Source: Methanobacterium sp. (GTDB lineage Archaea; Methanobacteriota; Methanobacteria; Methanobacteriales; Methanobacteriaceae). From it: a stretch of 64,000 nucleotides of DNA. The translations under genes were made by a program, and so were the position numbers. Under the pieces are notes generated by a model. It saw only the letters and a program-made list of their open reading frames with translations. It made no database searches and was not told where the DNA came from. The stretch is from the NCBI GenBank assembly GCA_020855015.1, contig JAHKLP010000019.1:33246-97245 (forward strand). The letters are read 5' to 3'. Shown piece after piece: positions 12,204 through 24,507 of this stretch (its first letter is position 1; each line of letters starts with the position of its first letter).

Positions 12204-13436
12204 TCAAAAACTGGGAAATGGTATTAATTTGATTTCTTCACCTTTTTCAATGATTTCCACATTTTTTGGAACTTTAAAGTAACCATCAGCCTCTGCAAGG
12301 GCGGTAATTGCACCAGAATCCTTTATGATAGGGATGGCAACGTTGCCTTTAATCTTTGCCAGGACATAATGACTTCTTCCCCTGGCAGAATGATATCTGC
12401 GAGATAATTTGAGTACTATTGATTCTTTTTTCTGATTATATCCTGGAAAACCGGCTACTTCTCTTAAGAAAGGAGCTACAAAGGCGTTGAAGATCATTAA
12501 AGCAGACACTGGATATCCTGGAAGTCCGAACAGGACAATATCTTTATCACCCTCAGGCAATGTGCCGATTAAAGTTGGTTTACCGGGTTTAACTGAAATT
12601 CCGTGAACCAAAACACGACCCATGTCATCAACAACTTGACGCAGAACATCCCCAGCACCCGCAGAAGTTCCCCCTGATGTTATTATAACATCAGCATGAT
12701 TAAATTCATTTATTTTATTCTTTATAGTATCATAATCATCTTTAACTATTTGGGAATATATTGGTGTGCATCCACAGGCTTTTACGGCATTAGAAATAGT
12801 TTCAGAGTTTATATCATATAGTTTTCCATGTCGGAGTTCTTGACCAGGTTTAATTAGCTCATTACCTGTTGAAATCACAGCTACTGTTGGTTTGGTGAAA
12901 ACTGGCACTTTTGACATTCCAATGGCACTTAAAGCACCAATTCTCTCAGGAGTCAAAAGGTTACCTTTTGATAAGAGTAGTTCTCCTTTTTTCATGTCTG
13001 ATCCTCTGGCAGACAAGTTCGTTCCAGGAGCTACTGCTTCATAAATTTGAACACTTCCGTCTTCTGTATTTGTAAATTCTACCATTATCACAGAATCTGC
13101 ACCTTTTGGAATTGGAGCACCAGTGCCTATTTCAGTACATTTACGTTTCCCTAATGTTTTTAAAGGAACATCACCCGCACCAACCTTCTCAATTAGATCC
13201 AAAGTTATGGGATTGTCCTCTGAAGCCCCAAAAGTATCCTGAGCTCTAACTGCATAGCCATCCATTGCTGCACGATCAAAAGGTGGAAGATCTATAATAG
13301 CATAGATATCTTCAGCCAAAATACGTTTATAAACATCAGATAAATCAATTTTTTCAATCCTTCTACGGATTTTAAGTGATTCAATAATTTCTTTCACTTC
13401 ATCCTGGTCCATTAAATTCAAAAACACGTTTCCCAT
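12204..13436 (-). CDS. moeA: Molybdopterin molybdotransferase MoeA
   Basis: [19 protein letters not shown]-x-GAD, STGNEL, SGGTSAG-x-x-D, KPGKP and GLPG-x-P motifs. Confidence 0.95.
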   Translation of the reverse strand: MGNVFLNLMDQDEVKEIIESLKIRRRIEKIDLSDVYKRILAEDIYAIIDLPPFDRAAMDGYAVRAQDTFGASEDNPITLDLIEKVGAGDVPLKTLGKRKCTEIGTGAPIPKGADSVIMVEFTNTEDGSVQIYEAVAPGTNLSARGSDMKKGELLLSKGNLLTPERIGALSAIGMSKVPVFTKPTVAVISTGNELIKPGQELRHGKLYDINSETISNAVKACGCTPIYSQIVKDDYDTIKNKINEFNHADVIITSGGTSAGAGDVLRQVVDDMGRVLVHGISVKPGKPTLIGTLPEGDKDIVLFGLPGYPVSALMIFNAFVAPFLREVAGFPGYNQKKESIVLKLSRRYHSARGRSHYVLAKIKGNVAIPIIKDSGAITALAEADGYFKVPKNVEIIEKGEEIKLIPFPSF

Positions 13437-13633
13437 GGTTTCCCCAGTTAATTTTTCTGGAATTCAAATTTGAGATTGATCTACTCACCATTACTTATTA
13501 AACATTCATTGCAGGAATAAATAAAAAAAAATATCTGTTTAAAAATCTAGATTAAACAATTTTAAAAGACTTAATAAACCTTGAAATAGGACATTATTTG
13601 ATAATTGAGTCATTAACCCAAGGTCTATTTAAT

Positions 13634-13723
13634 TTACGATTTTTTAACTCCTCTTCCTCTTTTACTTCCTGGTTTTTTATGCTTTGCTCTTGTTCTTTTT
13701 TTGGTTCCTTTAACTTTTGCCAT
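13634..13723 (-). CDS. Small basic peptide (29 aa, MAKVKGTKKRTRAKHKKPGSKRGRGVKKS), below the ORF-track cutoff
   Basis: Clean ATG..TAA frame read by hand; GAGAGTTGA RBS-like sequence 5 nt upstream; purine-rich codons (AAA/AGA/GGA). Confidence 0.6.
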   Translation of the reverse strand: MAKVKGTKKRTRAKHKKPGSKRGRGVKKS

Positions 13724-14050
13724 ATTATTCAACTCTCATTTCACTAATTTTAAAAATTTATTAAAATTAATCCCAACCCTACAACGATAAATTGATTAGT
13801 CATCAAGGTTTTTTTAGGGATTGGCGTGGGATCATATTTATTTTTTCCTAAATTAGATCACCATCTTTCATATCTTGGATATATTCTTAATTTATCTTTA
13901 TATACATTGGTAATTATCTTCTGAATTTTAAAAAAAATTTGATTTTATGATTGATAATAATAAATTTTTTATTTAAAACTTACCTTTTTCATAATATTAA
14001 ATTTATGATATAATAGATGTATGAATTACGCCATGGGTAAAATGCGATTT

Positions 14051-14058
14051 TTTATATA
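14051..14058 (+). promoter_or_regulatory. TATA box for the aIF-1A cluster
   Basis: TTTATATA preceded by a BRE-like AAAATGCGA, about 210 nt upstream of the aIF-1A start. Confidence 0.5.
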
Positions 14059-14080
14059 CCTTTAAACACAATATAAAAAG

Positions 14081-14120
14081 GAAGATTAAATGATCAATAA
14101 GCAGATTAAATGATCAATAC
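14081..14120 (+). repeat. 20-nt tandem direct repeat (core AGATTAAATGATCAATA x2)
   Basis: gaAGATTAAATGATCAATAa gcAGATTAAATGATCAATAc read directly from the sequence. Confidence 0.9.
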
Positions 14121-14270
14121 TGTATTGAGTCAACAGAATTCCATTAAGTAATTTGGTTTGTTAACTGGAAGGTTTAACTGAACTTGAACAATTACAATTC
14201 ATACTAATTATATGATCTTTATCCGTTGATCTTTTAACTTATCATCATTTTATAAGAAGGAGGAGAGTAT

Positions 14271-14582
14271 TTGAGCAGAGGACGTGGTCGTGATCAACAA
14301 TCGCAAGAATATCGAAGGGTGAGATCCCCTAGGAAGGGTGAAATACCAGGTGTTGTGGAGCAGATTATGGGGCATGGTAAGCTTAAAGTGAGATGCGCCG
14401 ATGGTAAAATAAGACTTTGCCGAATCCCCGGGAAAATGAAAAAGAGAATCTGGATTAGAGAAGGTGACGTAGTATTAATCAAACCCTGGGACTTCCAGAG
14501 TGATGAAAAAGCAGACGTTATTTGGAGATATACACGTACTGAATCTAATTATTTAGAACGTCGAGGATTCCTAAAACTTTAA
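14271..14582 (+). CDS. eif1a: Translation initiation factor aIF-1A
   Basis: CADG-x-x-RLCRIPGKMKKRIWIREGDVV...PWDFQ...WRY; strong GGAGG RBS and TTG start. Confidence 0.97.
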   Translation: MSRGRGRDQQSQEYRRVRSPRKGEIPGVVEQIMGHGKLKVRCADGKIRLCRIPGKMKKRIWIREGDVVLIKPWDFQSDEKADVIWRYTRTESNYLERRGFLKL

Positions 14583-14783
14583 AAATATTTCAATATGATT
14601 TATTAAATCGTAATGAACCCATTTTTTTATAAAACCATGTATAAATAATGTTTAGGCTTTTGTTGCAATTTCTGAAGATTACATTTTTTGATTCTAAGGA
14701 AAATTAGTTTGTATATATACAACCTAATTTATTCCCCATAGAATTATTTAAACTAAAAAAACCTTCTGGAGAAATTAAGTCGA

Positions 14784-15563
14784 GTGCAAAGTATGGAATC
14801 ACCTGTTAATAAGTCAGATATTCACCTTCAGAAAATGAGGGAAGTTAAACAACTTAAGAGTGTGGAGGACAAACGAGTAGGGAGTGAAGTGTTCGACCGG
14901 ATTACCCTACAAACATTGTATAAACTGGCCAACCAGGGCCATATTCACCTTTTAAACGGAGCTATAAGCACCGGGAAAGAGGCAAATGTCTTTAAAGGCG
15001 CGGATGAGAACGATAATTTAGTAGCAGTTAAAATTTATCGTGTTACTACTTCGGACTTTAAGAAAATGCAGTACTACATTCAGGGAGATCCCCGATTTAA
15101 CGTTCGTAGCAAAAGCAAACGTCAACTAATTAATAACTGGGTCCTAAAGGAATTTAAAAATCTTAACCGGGCATACAATGCCGGAGTTCGGGTTCCCAAA
15201 CCAATAATTGCTAAAAATAATATTCTGGTTATGGAATTTATAGGAGAAACAGATGGTACGCCTGCTCGCCTTATGAGGCAGGCAAAAATTTCTAATCCGG
15301 ATTATGTAGCTAAAAAAATAATTGAGTATGTTAAAAAATTATATAATGATGCAGAATTAGTTCATGGAGATCTATCTGCTTTCAATATTCTAATGCAACA
15401 TGATGAACCAGTCATAATTGATCTATCCCAAGGCATGGTTGTTGATCATCCCCTGTCAAGGGAGCTTTTAAACAGGGATATTGACAACTTAATCAAAGAT
15501 TTCAAAAAAATAGGTATTGAAATATCTAAAGATGAGATTAAAAGAAAGATTAAGGATTTATGA
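14784..15563 (+). CDS. rio1: RIO1-type serine/threonine kinase
   Basis: [20 protein letters not shown]-x-FNI and IID-x-SQ motifs. Confidence 0.95.
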   Translation: MQSMESPVNKSDIHLQKMREVKQLKSVEDKRVGSEVFDRITLQTLYKLANQGHIHLLNGAISTGKEANVFKGADENDNLVAVKIYRVTTSDFKKMQYYIQGDPRFNVRSKSKRQLINNWVLKEFKNLNRAYNAGVRVPKPIIAKNNILVMEFIGETDGTPARLMRQAKISNPDYVAKKIIEYVKKLYNDAELVHGDLSAFNILMQHDEPVIIDLSQGMVVDHPLSRELLNRDIDNLIKDFKKIGIEISKDEIKRKIKDL

Positions 15564-15623
15564 GGATAGAAAAGTATATGTTAAAGGATAATATAATATC
15601 TTTTTAGAAGTAGAGGTGAAAAA

Positions 15624-16187
15624 TTGCCTAACACAGAATATCTGAAGATCCCCAAGGAGAGAGTGGGGGTTCTTATAGGACCACACGGAAAAACCAAAGA
15701 AACCATTGAAAAAACTACTCAGACTAGGATTGATGTGGACAGTGAAGCCGGTAGCGTGGCTATATCACCACAAGAAGAATCTGAAGATCCTTTGTCTGTC
15801 TGGAAAGCCCGTTACATGGTCAAAGCAATAGGTAGAGGTTTTAATCCAGAGATAGCCCTTAAATTAGTTGATGATGAAGTAATGTTAGAGATTATTAACC
15901 TTCCCGATTACGTCGGTAAGTCAAAAAAGGCAATTTTAAGACAGAAAGGCCGTATAATTGGCAAAGATGGAAAAACAAGAGATATCATCACTGAAATGAC
16001 TGGAACATATGTGTCGATTTATGGGAAAACTGTCTCCCTCATTGGAGATATGGAACACTTACAGATTGCCAAAGAAGCCGTGGAAATGATTCTAGATGGT
16101 GCTAGGCACAAAACAGTTTATTCATTCCTGGAACGTAAAAAACAGGAGATGAAACTTAGAGAAATTAAAATGGGCCCATCTGTATGA
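15624..16187 (+). CDS. KH-domain pre-rRNA processing protein (Dim2/Pno1 family)
   Basis: GVLIG-x-x-G, AIGRGF-x-PE-x-A and [10 protein letters not shown] motifs; conserved position after rio1. Confidence 0.9.
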   Translation: MPNTEYLKIPKERVGVLIGPHGKTKETIEKTTQTRIDVDSEAGSVAISPQEESEDPLSVWKARYMVKAIGRGFNPEIALKLVDDEVMLEIINLPDYVGKSKKAILRQKGRIIGKDGKTRDIITEMTGTYVSIYGKTVSLIGDMEHLQIAKEAVEMILDGARHKTVYSFLERKKQEMKLREIKMGPSV

Positions 16188-16234
16188 TTAAAATTATCTA
16201 AATAATAGAATAAATCAATTAAAGGAGGCATAGT

Positions 16235-17792
<1,558 letters not shown>

Positions 17793-17800
<8 letters not shown>

Positions 17801-18848
17801 AAAAGATATCACTGTTAACAAACTCAAAAGCTTGGGTGACATAATATTGGAAGACGTTGAAAAAAACAACGTCCCTGCCATTAAAGTTCCATCAAGAGGA
17901 ACATCTAACATAGTCTACGATAATGAAAAACGTTACTACGTACTGGGAGATCGCTATGGTAAGCGATCCCTGGGTAATGTTAAACAGATAAGCAAAATAG
18001 CTCAGATGGTTTACGTTGCCAATTTTTGCAAGGATCTGGTTCGCAGAGGGAAAACAGCTACTTTGAGGGAGATGTACTACGTTTCTGAAGGATGGGATGT
18101 AGACTTTGGAGACCAGCAGGAATCAAACATCGTCGGTGAAGACCTGGAAGTTACCCTGGGAATGACCCGTGAAGACCTGGGTTTGATGCCTGAAGAAGAC
18201 GGAGCTTCCGTTTATGGAAACATCACAATCCAAGACGACGATGTAGAAATAAATGCACTGAGAGCTGGTAAATCAGGTTACACCATATCCCCCACCATTG
18301 ATGAAGTGAAATTCCTGGATCATGATGTGGAAAGAGTTATTGCCGTAGAAACCATGGGTATGTTCCACCGTATGGTTCAGGAAGATGCTTACAAAAAATT
18401 CAATACACTAATAGTCGGTTTAAAAGGTCAGGCAGCACGTGCAACTCGGCGTTTCCTCAAACGTGTTAATGAAGAACTTAACTTGCCAGTTTATATCATG
18501 AACGACGGAGACCCATGGGGATTCCACATTGCCATGGTTATCATCAGTGGAAGTGCCAAACTGGCTCATGTGAACCATCAACTGGCCACTCCTGACGCCA
18601 AATTCATGGGAGTTACTGCTTCAGATATTATTAACTACGATCTTCCCACTGACCCTCTTAAAGATATAGACGTTTTAAGGCTTAAAGAACTTTCAAAGGA
18701 CCCTCGATACAAGGATGATGCCTGGCAAGTTGAAATTAAAAAGATGCTCAAGATCGGGAAAAAAGCAGAACAACAGTCTTTCTCTAAGTATGGATTAGAG
18801 TACGTAGTCGAAACCTACTTACCCGAAAAACTCGATGCAATGGAATAA
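17793..18848 (+). CDS. top6A: DNA topoisomerase VI subunit A
   Basis: TLREMYY (catalytic Tyr), AVET, DGDPWG and KAEQQ motifs; overlaps the top6B stop. Confidence 0.97.
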
Positions 18849-18881
18849 ACGGAAAATCAGCCTTTTAAACGGCTAAAATTA

Positions 18882-18912
18882 TTTTTTCTTTTTTTAGACA
18901 TTATTTTTTTTT
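18882..18912 (+). terminator. Oligo(T) archaeal terminator-like tract
   Basis: Long T runs directly after top6A. Confidence 0.45.
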
Positions 18913-19089
18913 ATCTAATTCTAATTACTTATCAAATAGTTTCCATTATAAAAATAGATTTTGTGGACTTTTACCAATAATACGAGAATATGATTGATTT
19001 TTTTCTATTCAAAAATTAAATCATAAAATTTATAATATTCTAAACAAGATACATATTTTAAGTAGAATTACTATAACGGGGATTTTATA

Positions 19090-20103
19090 ATGAAAAACGT
19101 CGGGATAAATGGATACGGTACTATTGGAAAAAGAGTGGCAGATGCAGTGGCCTGTCAGGATGACATGCAAATTGTTGGGGTAACTAAACGAACACCTGAC
19201 TTTGAAGCCAAAATGGCTGTGGAAAAAGGATTCCCCCTCTACATCAGTGCCCCTGAAAGAGAAGGGGCCTTTGAAGAAGCAAACATTAAAATAACAGGCA
19301 CAATTGATGATCTCTACGATAAAGTGGATATAATGGTGGACTGCACCCCCGGAGGAATAGGTGCTAAAAATAAAGAAATTTACGCTGAAAAAGGAGTTAA
19401 AGGAGTTTTTCAGGGTGGAGAAAAACATGAACAGATAGGAAAGTCTTTTAACTCATTTGCCAATTACACCGACAATTGGGGTGCTGATTTCGTTCGTGTA
19501 GTTAGTTGTAACACAACTGGACTGTGCCGAACACTGAAACCTATAGACGACCTCTGTGGAGTAAAGAAGGTTCGTGCAGTAATGGTGCGAAGGGGAGCAG
19601 ATCCTGGACAGATAAAATCAGGACCCATAAACGCGATTGTTCCTAACCCACCCACAGTCCCATCTCATCATGGTCCGGATGTGCAGACTGTTATGTACGA
19701 TCTGGATATTATTACCATGGCATTACTGGTTCCAACTACCATCATGCACCAACACAATCTCATGGTTGAACTGGAAACCTCAACTGCACTTGATGATGTG
19801 ATTGATACTTTAGAAGCCACCCCCCGGGTAGAATTAGTTGAAGCAAATAAAGGATTAGGCTCTACGGCAGAGATAATGGAATTTGCTCGAGATTTAGGAC
19901 GGCCTAGAAGCGATCTAAATGAAATAGCCGTCTGGAAAGAATCTTTGAATATCAAAGATGGAGAACTCTTTTATATGCAAGCAATACACCAGGAATCGGA
20001 TGTTGTTCCTGAAAACGTGGATTGTATACGTGCCATGCTAGAGATGGAAGATGATCCTGCCAAATCAATTGAAAAAACCAATAAAAATATGGGAATAAAT
20101 TAA
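19090..20103 (+). CDS. gap: Glyceraldehyde-3-phosphate dehydrogenase, archaeal type II
   Basis: [29 protein letters not shown] and [10 protein letters not shown] motifs. Confidence 0.97.
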   Translation: MKNVGINGYGTIGKRVADAVACQDDMQIVGVTKRTPDFEAKMAVEKGFPLYISAPEREGAFEEANIKITGTIDDLYDKVDIMVDCTPGGIGAKNKEIYAEKGVKGVFQGGEKHEQIGKSFNSFANYTDNWGADFVRVVSCNTTGLCRTLKPIDDLCGVKKVRAVMVRRGADPGQIKSGPINAIVPNPPTVPSHHGPDVQTVMYDLDIITMALLVPTTIMHQHNLMVELETSTALDDVIDTLEATPRVELVEANKGLGSTAEIMEFARDLGRPRSDLNEIAVWKESLNIKDGELFYMQAIHQESDVVPENVDCIRAMLEMEDDPAKSIEKTNKNMGIN

Positions 20104-20207
20104 TGGTTTTTTTCTTATTTTTCCTATTTTTTAAAATGATCCTTTTAAAGATGCAATCTTTTTTAACCGATTTAATAAACATATTCTAAAAATTAATTTT
20201 TGATAAA

Positions 20208-20867
20208 ATGAAATATGACCTCCACACACACAGCAAATATTCTGCTGATGGTTTTTTAGAACCTGAAAAAATAGTGGAAACTGGCATGAGAAAAGGACTC
20301 TCTGGAATCGCAATTACGGACCACAACACCATCAATGGGGCACTGAAGGCTAAAAGATATGAAACTGACGATTTCAATGTCATCTGTGGGTCTGAGATAA
20401 GTACAGAGCGAGGAGAAGTAATCGGACTTTTTTTGTCGAGTGAAATTATATCCCACACTTTTATCGACGTAGTTGAAGAGATTAGAGAGCAGGATGGCAT
20501 TATAATTCTTCCACACCCCTATGATAACCTAAGAAAAAATGGGATCCACCTTGAAAAGAAAGAGGTTAAACTTATTGATGGAATAGAAATCTATAATTCA
20601 CGTTGTATGTTCCAGAAATATAATAATGATGCTCTTCATTTTGCCAAAAAGAATAATTTAATTGGTGTTGCTGGAAGTGATGCTCATTTTGCAAGAGAAA
20701 TTGGTAATGCAGGAGTTTTTATCAGCGAAGGGAATATTAGAAACACTATTATTAGTGGTGATCTGTGTCCTTTTGGGAAGAAATCATCTTTAACAAACCT
20801 GGTTGCAACTAAATTGATAAAAACATGGCGAGATCTATCCCATTCCAAATTCAGACCAATAGATTAA
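20208..20867 (+). CDS. PHP domain metal-dependent phosphoesterase
   Basis: DLHTHSKYSADG, AITDHN, PHP and GSDAH motifs. Confidence 0.9.
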   Translation: MKYDLHTHSKYSADGFLEPEKIVETGMRKGLSGIAITDHNTINGALKAKRYETDDFNVICGSEISTERGEVIGLFLSSEIISHTFIDVVEEIREQDGIIILPHPYDNLRKNGIHLEKKEVKLIDGIEIYNSRCMFQKYNNDALHFAKKNNLIGVAGSDAHFAREIGNAGVFISEGNIRNTIISGDLCPFGKKSSLTNLVATKLIKTWRDLSHSKFRPID

Positions 20868-21092
20868 ATAAAATATTTTATAAAAATATCTGTCCTAATA
20901 AGAAATTTAACAACAATTATCCATTTGATGTTCTAAATTATTTAAATTACTAATAATTATTCTTAATAATCAATATATAAAACTAAGAAGAGAATAAAAT
21001 ATAAGCAATTACTGTCGATACGATAACCCATCAATAATATTTCTCAATCAATTCTCCTATTACCATATAACATTAACAATTTGGTGAGTCTA

Positions 21093-22241
21093 ATGGAATG
21101 TCAGGATTACTCCTTAAATCGAAAAACAGAAAGAAATAATCTTAATCTTAACCCTCTTCAGCGTGGCGGAGTACTTCCACCCGAATCACGCCAAGCATTA
21201 TACGAATTCTCAGACGGATACAGTATCTGTGATTACTGTGCAGGCCGCCTGGACGAAATACCAAAACCATCAATAATAGGTTTTCTGGACGATTTAGCAC
21301 GTTTCATAAATGTAGATCATACGAGAACTGTCCATGGTGCAAGAGAGGGCAAATTTGCAGTTATGCATGCACTCTGCCATCCCGGTGATACAGTTGTAAT
21401 GGATGGTAACGCCCACTACACCAGCCATTTGGCAGCTGAGCGTAATGATCTTAACATAGTAGAAGTTCCTAGCAGTGAAGAACCAGAATACAGAATAGAT
21501 CCTATAGCTTACCATGAAGTTCTCGACAATCTCTATGACCGTGGCGAAGAAGTAAGTCTGGTCCTTTTAACTCATGTGGATGGTGATTATGGTAATCTCA
21601 CAGATGCCCAGGCTATTGGGAAAATTGCTCATGATAAAGGTATTCCATTCCTTCTAAACTGTGCCTACTCCATGGGTAGAATGCCAATTGACGCCAAAAA
21701 ATGGAATGTTGATTTTGTAGTAGGAAGTGGCCATAAAAGCATGGCCGCATCCGGACCCATTGGTGTTCTGGGAGTTCAAGAAGAATGGGCGGACTTGATA
21801 CTTAAAAAATCAGACCAACACCAGGTTAAAGAACTGGAAATGTTAGGATGCACCAGCAGAGGAGCTCCAATTGCAACTTTAATGGCTTCTTTCCCCCATT
21901 TAATCGAAAGAGTAAATAAGTGGGATGTTGAATTGCAAAAAACTCTCTATTTTGTTTCTGAAATGGAAAAAATAAGTGGAGTGAAACAGGTCGGTGTGAG
22001 ACCTAAAGAACATGACTTGGTGCGATTTGAAACTCCATTTTTCCATAGAATAGCCGATAAACACCCACGAAAGGGTTTTTATCTTTACGAAGAGCTTAAA
22101 AAGAAAAATATCGTCGGTATCAAGAGAGGGCAGACCCAATGGTTCAAGTGCAGTGTTTATGGCTTCAGTCAAGAACAAGTACACTACATAACACATTCTT
22201 TTGCCAAAATCGCTTCTAAATTTAGTGAAATGATAGATTAA
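21093..22241 (+). CDS. pscS: O-phospho-L-seryl-tRNA:Cys-tRNA synthase (SepCysS)
   Basis: [37 protein letters not shown] and LGCTSRG motifs; ATG at 21093 after GGTGA. Confidence 0.95.
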   Translation: MECQDYSLNRKTERNNLNLNPLQRGGVLPPESRQALYEFSDGYSICDYCAGRLDEIPKPSIIGFLDDLARFINVDHTRTVHGAREGKFAVMHALCHPGDTVVMDGNAHYTSHLAAERNDLNIVEVPSSEEPEYRIDPIAYHEVLDNLYDRGEEVSLVLLTHVDGDYGNLTDAQAIGKIAHDKGIPFLLNCAYSMGRMPIDAKKWNVDFVVGSGHKSMAASGPIGVLGVQEEWADLILKKSDQHQVKELEMLGCTSRGAPIATLMASFPHLIERVNKWDVELQKTLYFVSEMEKISGVKQVGVRPKEHDLVRFETPFFHRIADKHPRKGFYLYEELKKKNIVGIKRGQTQWFKCSVYGFSQEQVHYITHSFAKIASKFSEMID

Positions 22242-22363
22242 TTAAAATAATATTATTAAACTAATATGGGGATATGATTCTATAGGATATTTATAACGCG
22301 AAAATTGGCCGTTTTTCACTTCGATTTTGTAAAAGACACTTTTTGGCTAATGGAGAGGTGATT

Positions 22364-23260
22364 ATGAATACCATAAAAGAATTTCAAAAAGCGCTTGTCC
22401 TTAGTGGAGGGGGAATAACTGGAATAGCTTGGGAATTAGGTGTCCTCCGGGGATTGGAAGAATGTGGTGTGGATGTTACAGATGCAAATCTAATAGTTGG
22501 CACATCTGCAGGTTCCAGTGTCGGAGCTCAGATCATCAGCGAAACCAGTCTTGAGCAACTTTATAAACTTCAACTGATCCCCATAGTGGAAACCAAAGAA
22601 AGTCAGGTTCAATTTGATGGAAATGAATTTCGAAAGATGATGGCCGCAGCCATTATGAGTTCACCTGATTCACAAACAGCAAGGGCGCGTATTGGAGAAG
22701 CGGCATTGGCTGCAAAAACCATGAGTGAAGAAGAACGCCTAGAATTAATAGCTTCTCGCCTGCCCAATCATGAATGGAACAAAAAAAGGAAACTGATAAT
22801 AAATGCGGTTAATGCTTCAACTGGTGAATGGGTGACATTTGATCAGAATTCCAATGTATCGCTTTTACAGACTGTGGCGGCAAGTTCAGCCGTTCCTGGC
22901 ATATATCCTCCCACCACAATCAATGGACAGCGTTACATTGATGGAGGTATGAGTTCAGGTACTAATGCAGATTTAGCAAAAGATTATGACCGGATTCTTA
23001 TTCTTGTTGCCGAACCAAGCATGATACATGCCCCAATGGGCCCTACCATGCACAGAGTCAGCTTTGAGGAGGAAGTAGAAGTATTAAGAGAATCAGGAGC
23101 CAGAGTAAAGGTTATTGTACCTGATGAAGGTTCATTGGAATCTAAAGGAAACAACCCATTGGATGTGAATTCCCGTGCTGCATCAGCAAAAGCCGGGCGT
23201 AAACAGGGAAAAAGTTTAGCTGAGGAATTGAAGATTTTCTGGAATGACACCACTAATTAA
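22364..23260 (+). CDS. Patatin-like phospholipase
   Basis: LVLSGGG, GTSAG nucleophile elbow, SSAVPG and DGG motifs; GAGGTG RBS. Confidence 0.92.
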   Translation: MNTIKEFQKALVLSGGGITGIAWELGVLRGLEECGVDVTDANLIVGTSAGSSVGAQIISETSLEQLYKLQLIPIVETKESQVQFDGNEFRKMMAAAIMSSPDSQTARARIGEAALAAKTMSEEERLELIASRLPNHEWNKKRKLIINAVNASTGEWVTFDQNSNVSLLQTVAASSAVPGIYPPTTINGQRYIDGGMSSGTNADLAKDYDRILILVAEPSMIHAPMGPTMHRVSFEEEVEVLRESGARVKVIVPDEGSLESKGNNPLDVNSRAASAKAGRKQGKSLAEELKIFWNDTTN

Positions 23261-23290
23261 TACTTTAAATGTAGATCATCCGGTGATAGT

Positions 23291-23542
23291 GTGGAAATTA
23301 AAAAAGATTTCAGTAAATATTGGATTGCAGGACTAATTTTTGCATTAATTTTAGGGGCTATACAACTGTTAATATCTTATCTGGGTTCTTTTATCAGGTC
23401 AACATTCCAACCTGGATGGATGTGGGGGCTGGTTATGGGAATTATGGGAATTATAATTTTAATTTTTGTTCCCTGGATCTACGGCCGTCTTATTGAATGG
23501 ATATATCTAAATTTCATTTTGAAAGAAAAAAGAAAGAATTAG
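23291..23542 (+). CDS. Small two-helix membrane protein
   Basis: GGTGA RBS, GTG start, two hydrophobic segments, basic C-terminus. Confidence 0.65.
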   Translation: MEIKKDFSKYWIAGLIFALILGAIQLLISYLGSFIRSTFQPGWMWGLVMGIMGIIILIFVPWIYGRLIEWIYLNFILKEKRKN

Positions 23543-23643
23543 GGATTATTTTAAAAAAAAATATTTCGTTTATCATCCCTCAGATGAAACATTGAAAACA
23601 AGTTGTTAATGTTGCTATTGTCTAAATTGTGATTTTGCTGTTT

Positions 23644-24225
23644 TCAAGGGTTATATGTATAATTATTCTTATCTACCCTGTTATCTTGCTCAGGATAATT
23701 TGAGTATACAAGTATGTAATATAATTGATCTGCAACGGGAGTAAATTCAAGATCATAATTTATAGTAAAGGTTCCGTTGCTATGTGAGAATGTTCCGTTT
23801 TGTAAGACATTCTTATGGTTTGCTGCAGGATTGGTTTTAATCTCAAAAAAACCAGGCCCAGTTACACGATTCTGGGGGTTGGTTATTTCTGCTGTGAAGT
23901 TTATTAGATTCAGCATAAAATTATTCACCAAGTATTTATTTCCTGAACCTGTAGCAGGCTCATCATTACCAGGCTCATCATTACCAGACTGAATATTCTC
24001 TGAATCATCATTCATTGATTCATCAGGAACATAATTTTTTTGTAGATTTCCAGAACCAGAATCGTTTTTTTGCGTGTTCCCAGTATCATTGCCGGGTTGC
24101 AGATTTCCAGGACGGATGTTTATTTGCTGGTCTCCAATAGTCTCGGTAAGAGGATATAGGGCTGCTAAACTAACTCCAATTGCCACCCAAATCACCAGAA
24201 CTGATATCGTCACTTTACTCAACAA
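23644..24225 (-). CDS. Membrane-anchored or secreted hypothetical protein
   Basis: N-terminal hydrophobic helix, N/D/G-rich linker with GNDEP x2, beta-rich C-terminus; TTG start after GGTGG preferred over 24270. Confidence 0.65.
   Translation of the reverse strand: MLSKVTISVLVIWVAIGVSLAALYPLTETIGDQQINIRPGNLQPGNDTGNTQKNDSGSGNLQKNYVPDESMNDDSENIQSGNDEPGNDEPATGSGNKYLVNNFMLNLINFTAEITNPQNRVTGPGFFEIKTNPAANHKNVLQNGTFSHSNGTFTINYDLEFTPVADQLYYILVYSNYPEQDNRVDKNNYTYNP
23955..23984. repeat. 15-nt tandem repeat CAGGCTCATCATTAC x2 (encodes GNDEP x2)
   Basis: Seen directly in the sequence. Confidence 0.9.
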
Positions 24226-24507
24226 ACCCACCACAAATATTTTGTCGACAATATATATTATAGAACACAATATGCTTATCTTTAATCTAATCGTTTTAAT
24301 ATATAAAACATTACTTTTTTGAAAAATGTATTAAAAAGAGTAGTAACCTATAAAAAGGTAGTGAATCTTATTATATTAATTCTAGCAGGATTACATAAAT
24401 TTCTATTCATTTCCCAACTAGCAAAATAATAATTCTATTGAGAGAAATGATCCTTTCCATTTTTTTCATCTTACAACAGGTATTTCGATGCTAATTGATC
24501 TGATGAT

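Noticed and set aside
14081-14120. Possible CRISPR mini-array or C/D box sRNA
   Set aside because: Two adjacent 20-nt units with no spacer, no cas genes, and no proper RUGAUGA/CUGA box pair.
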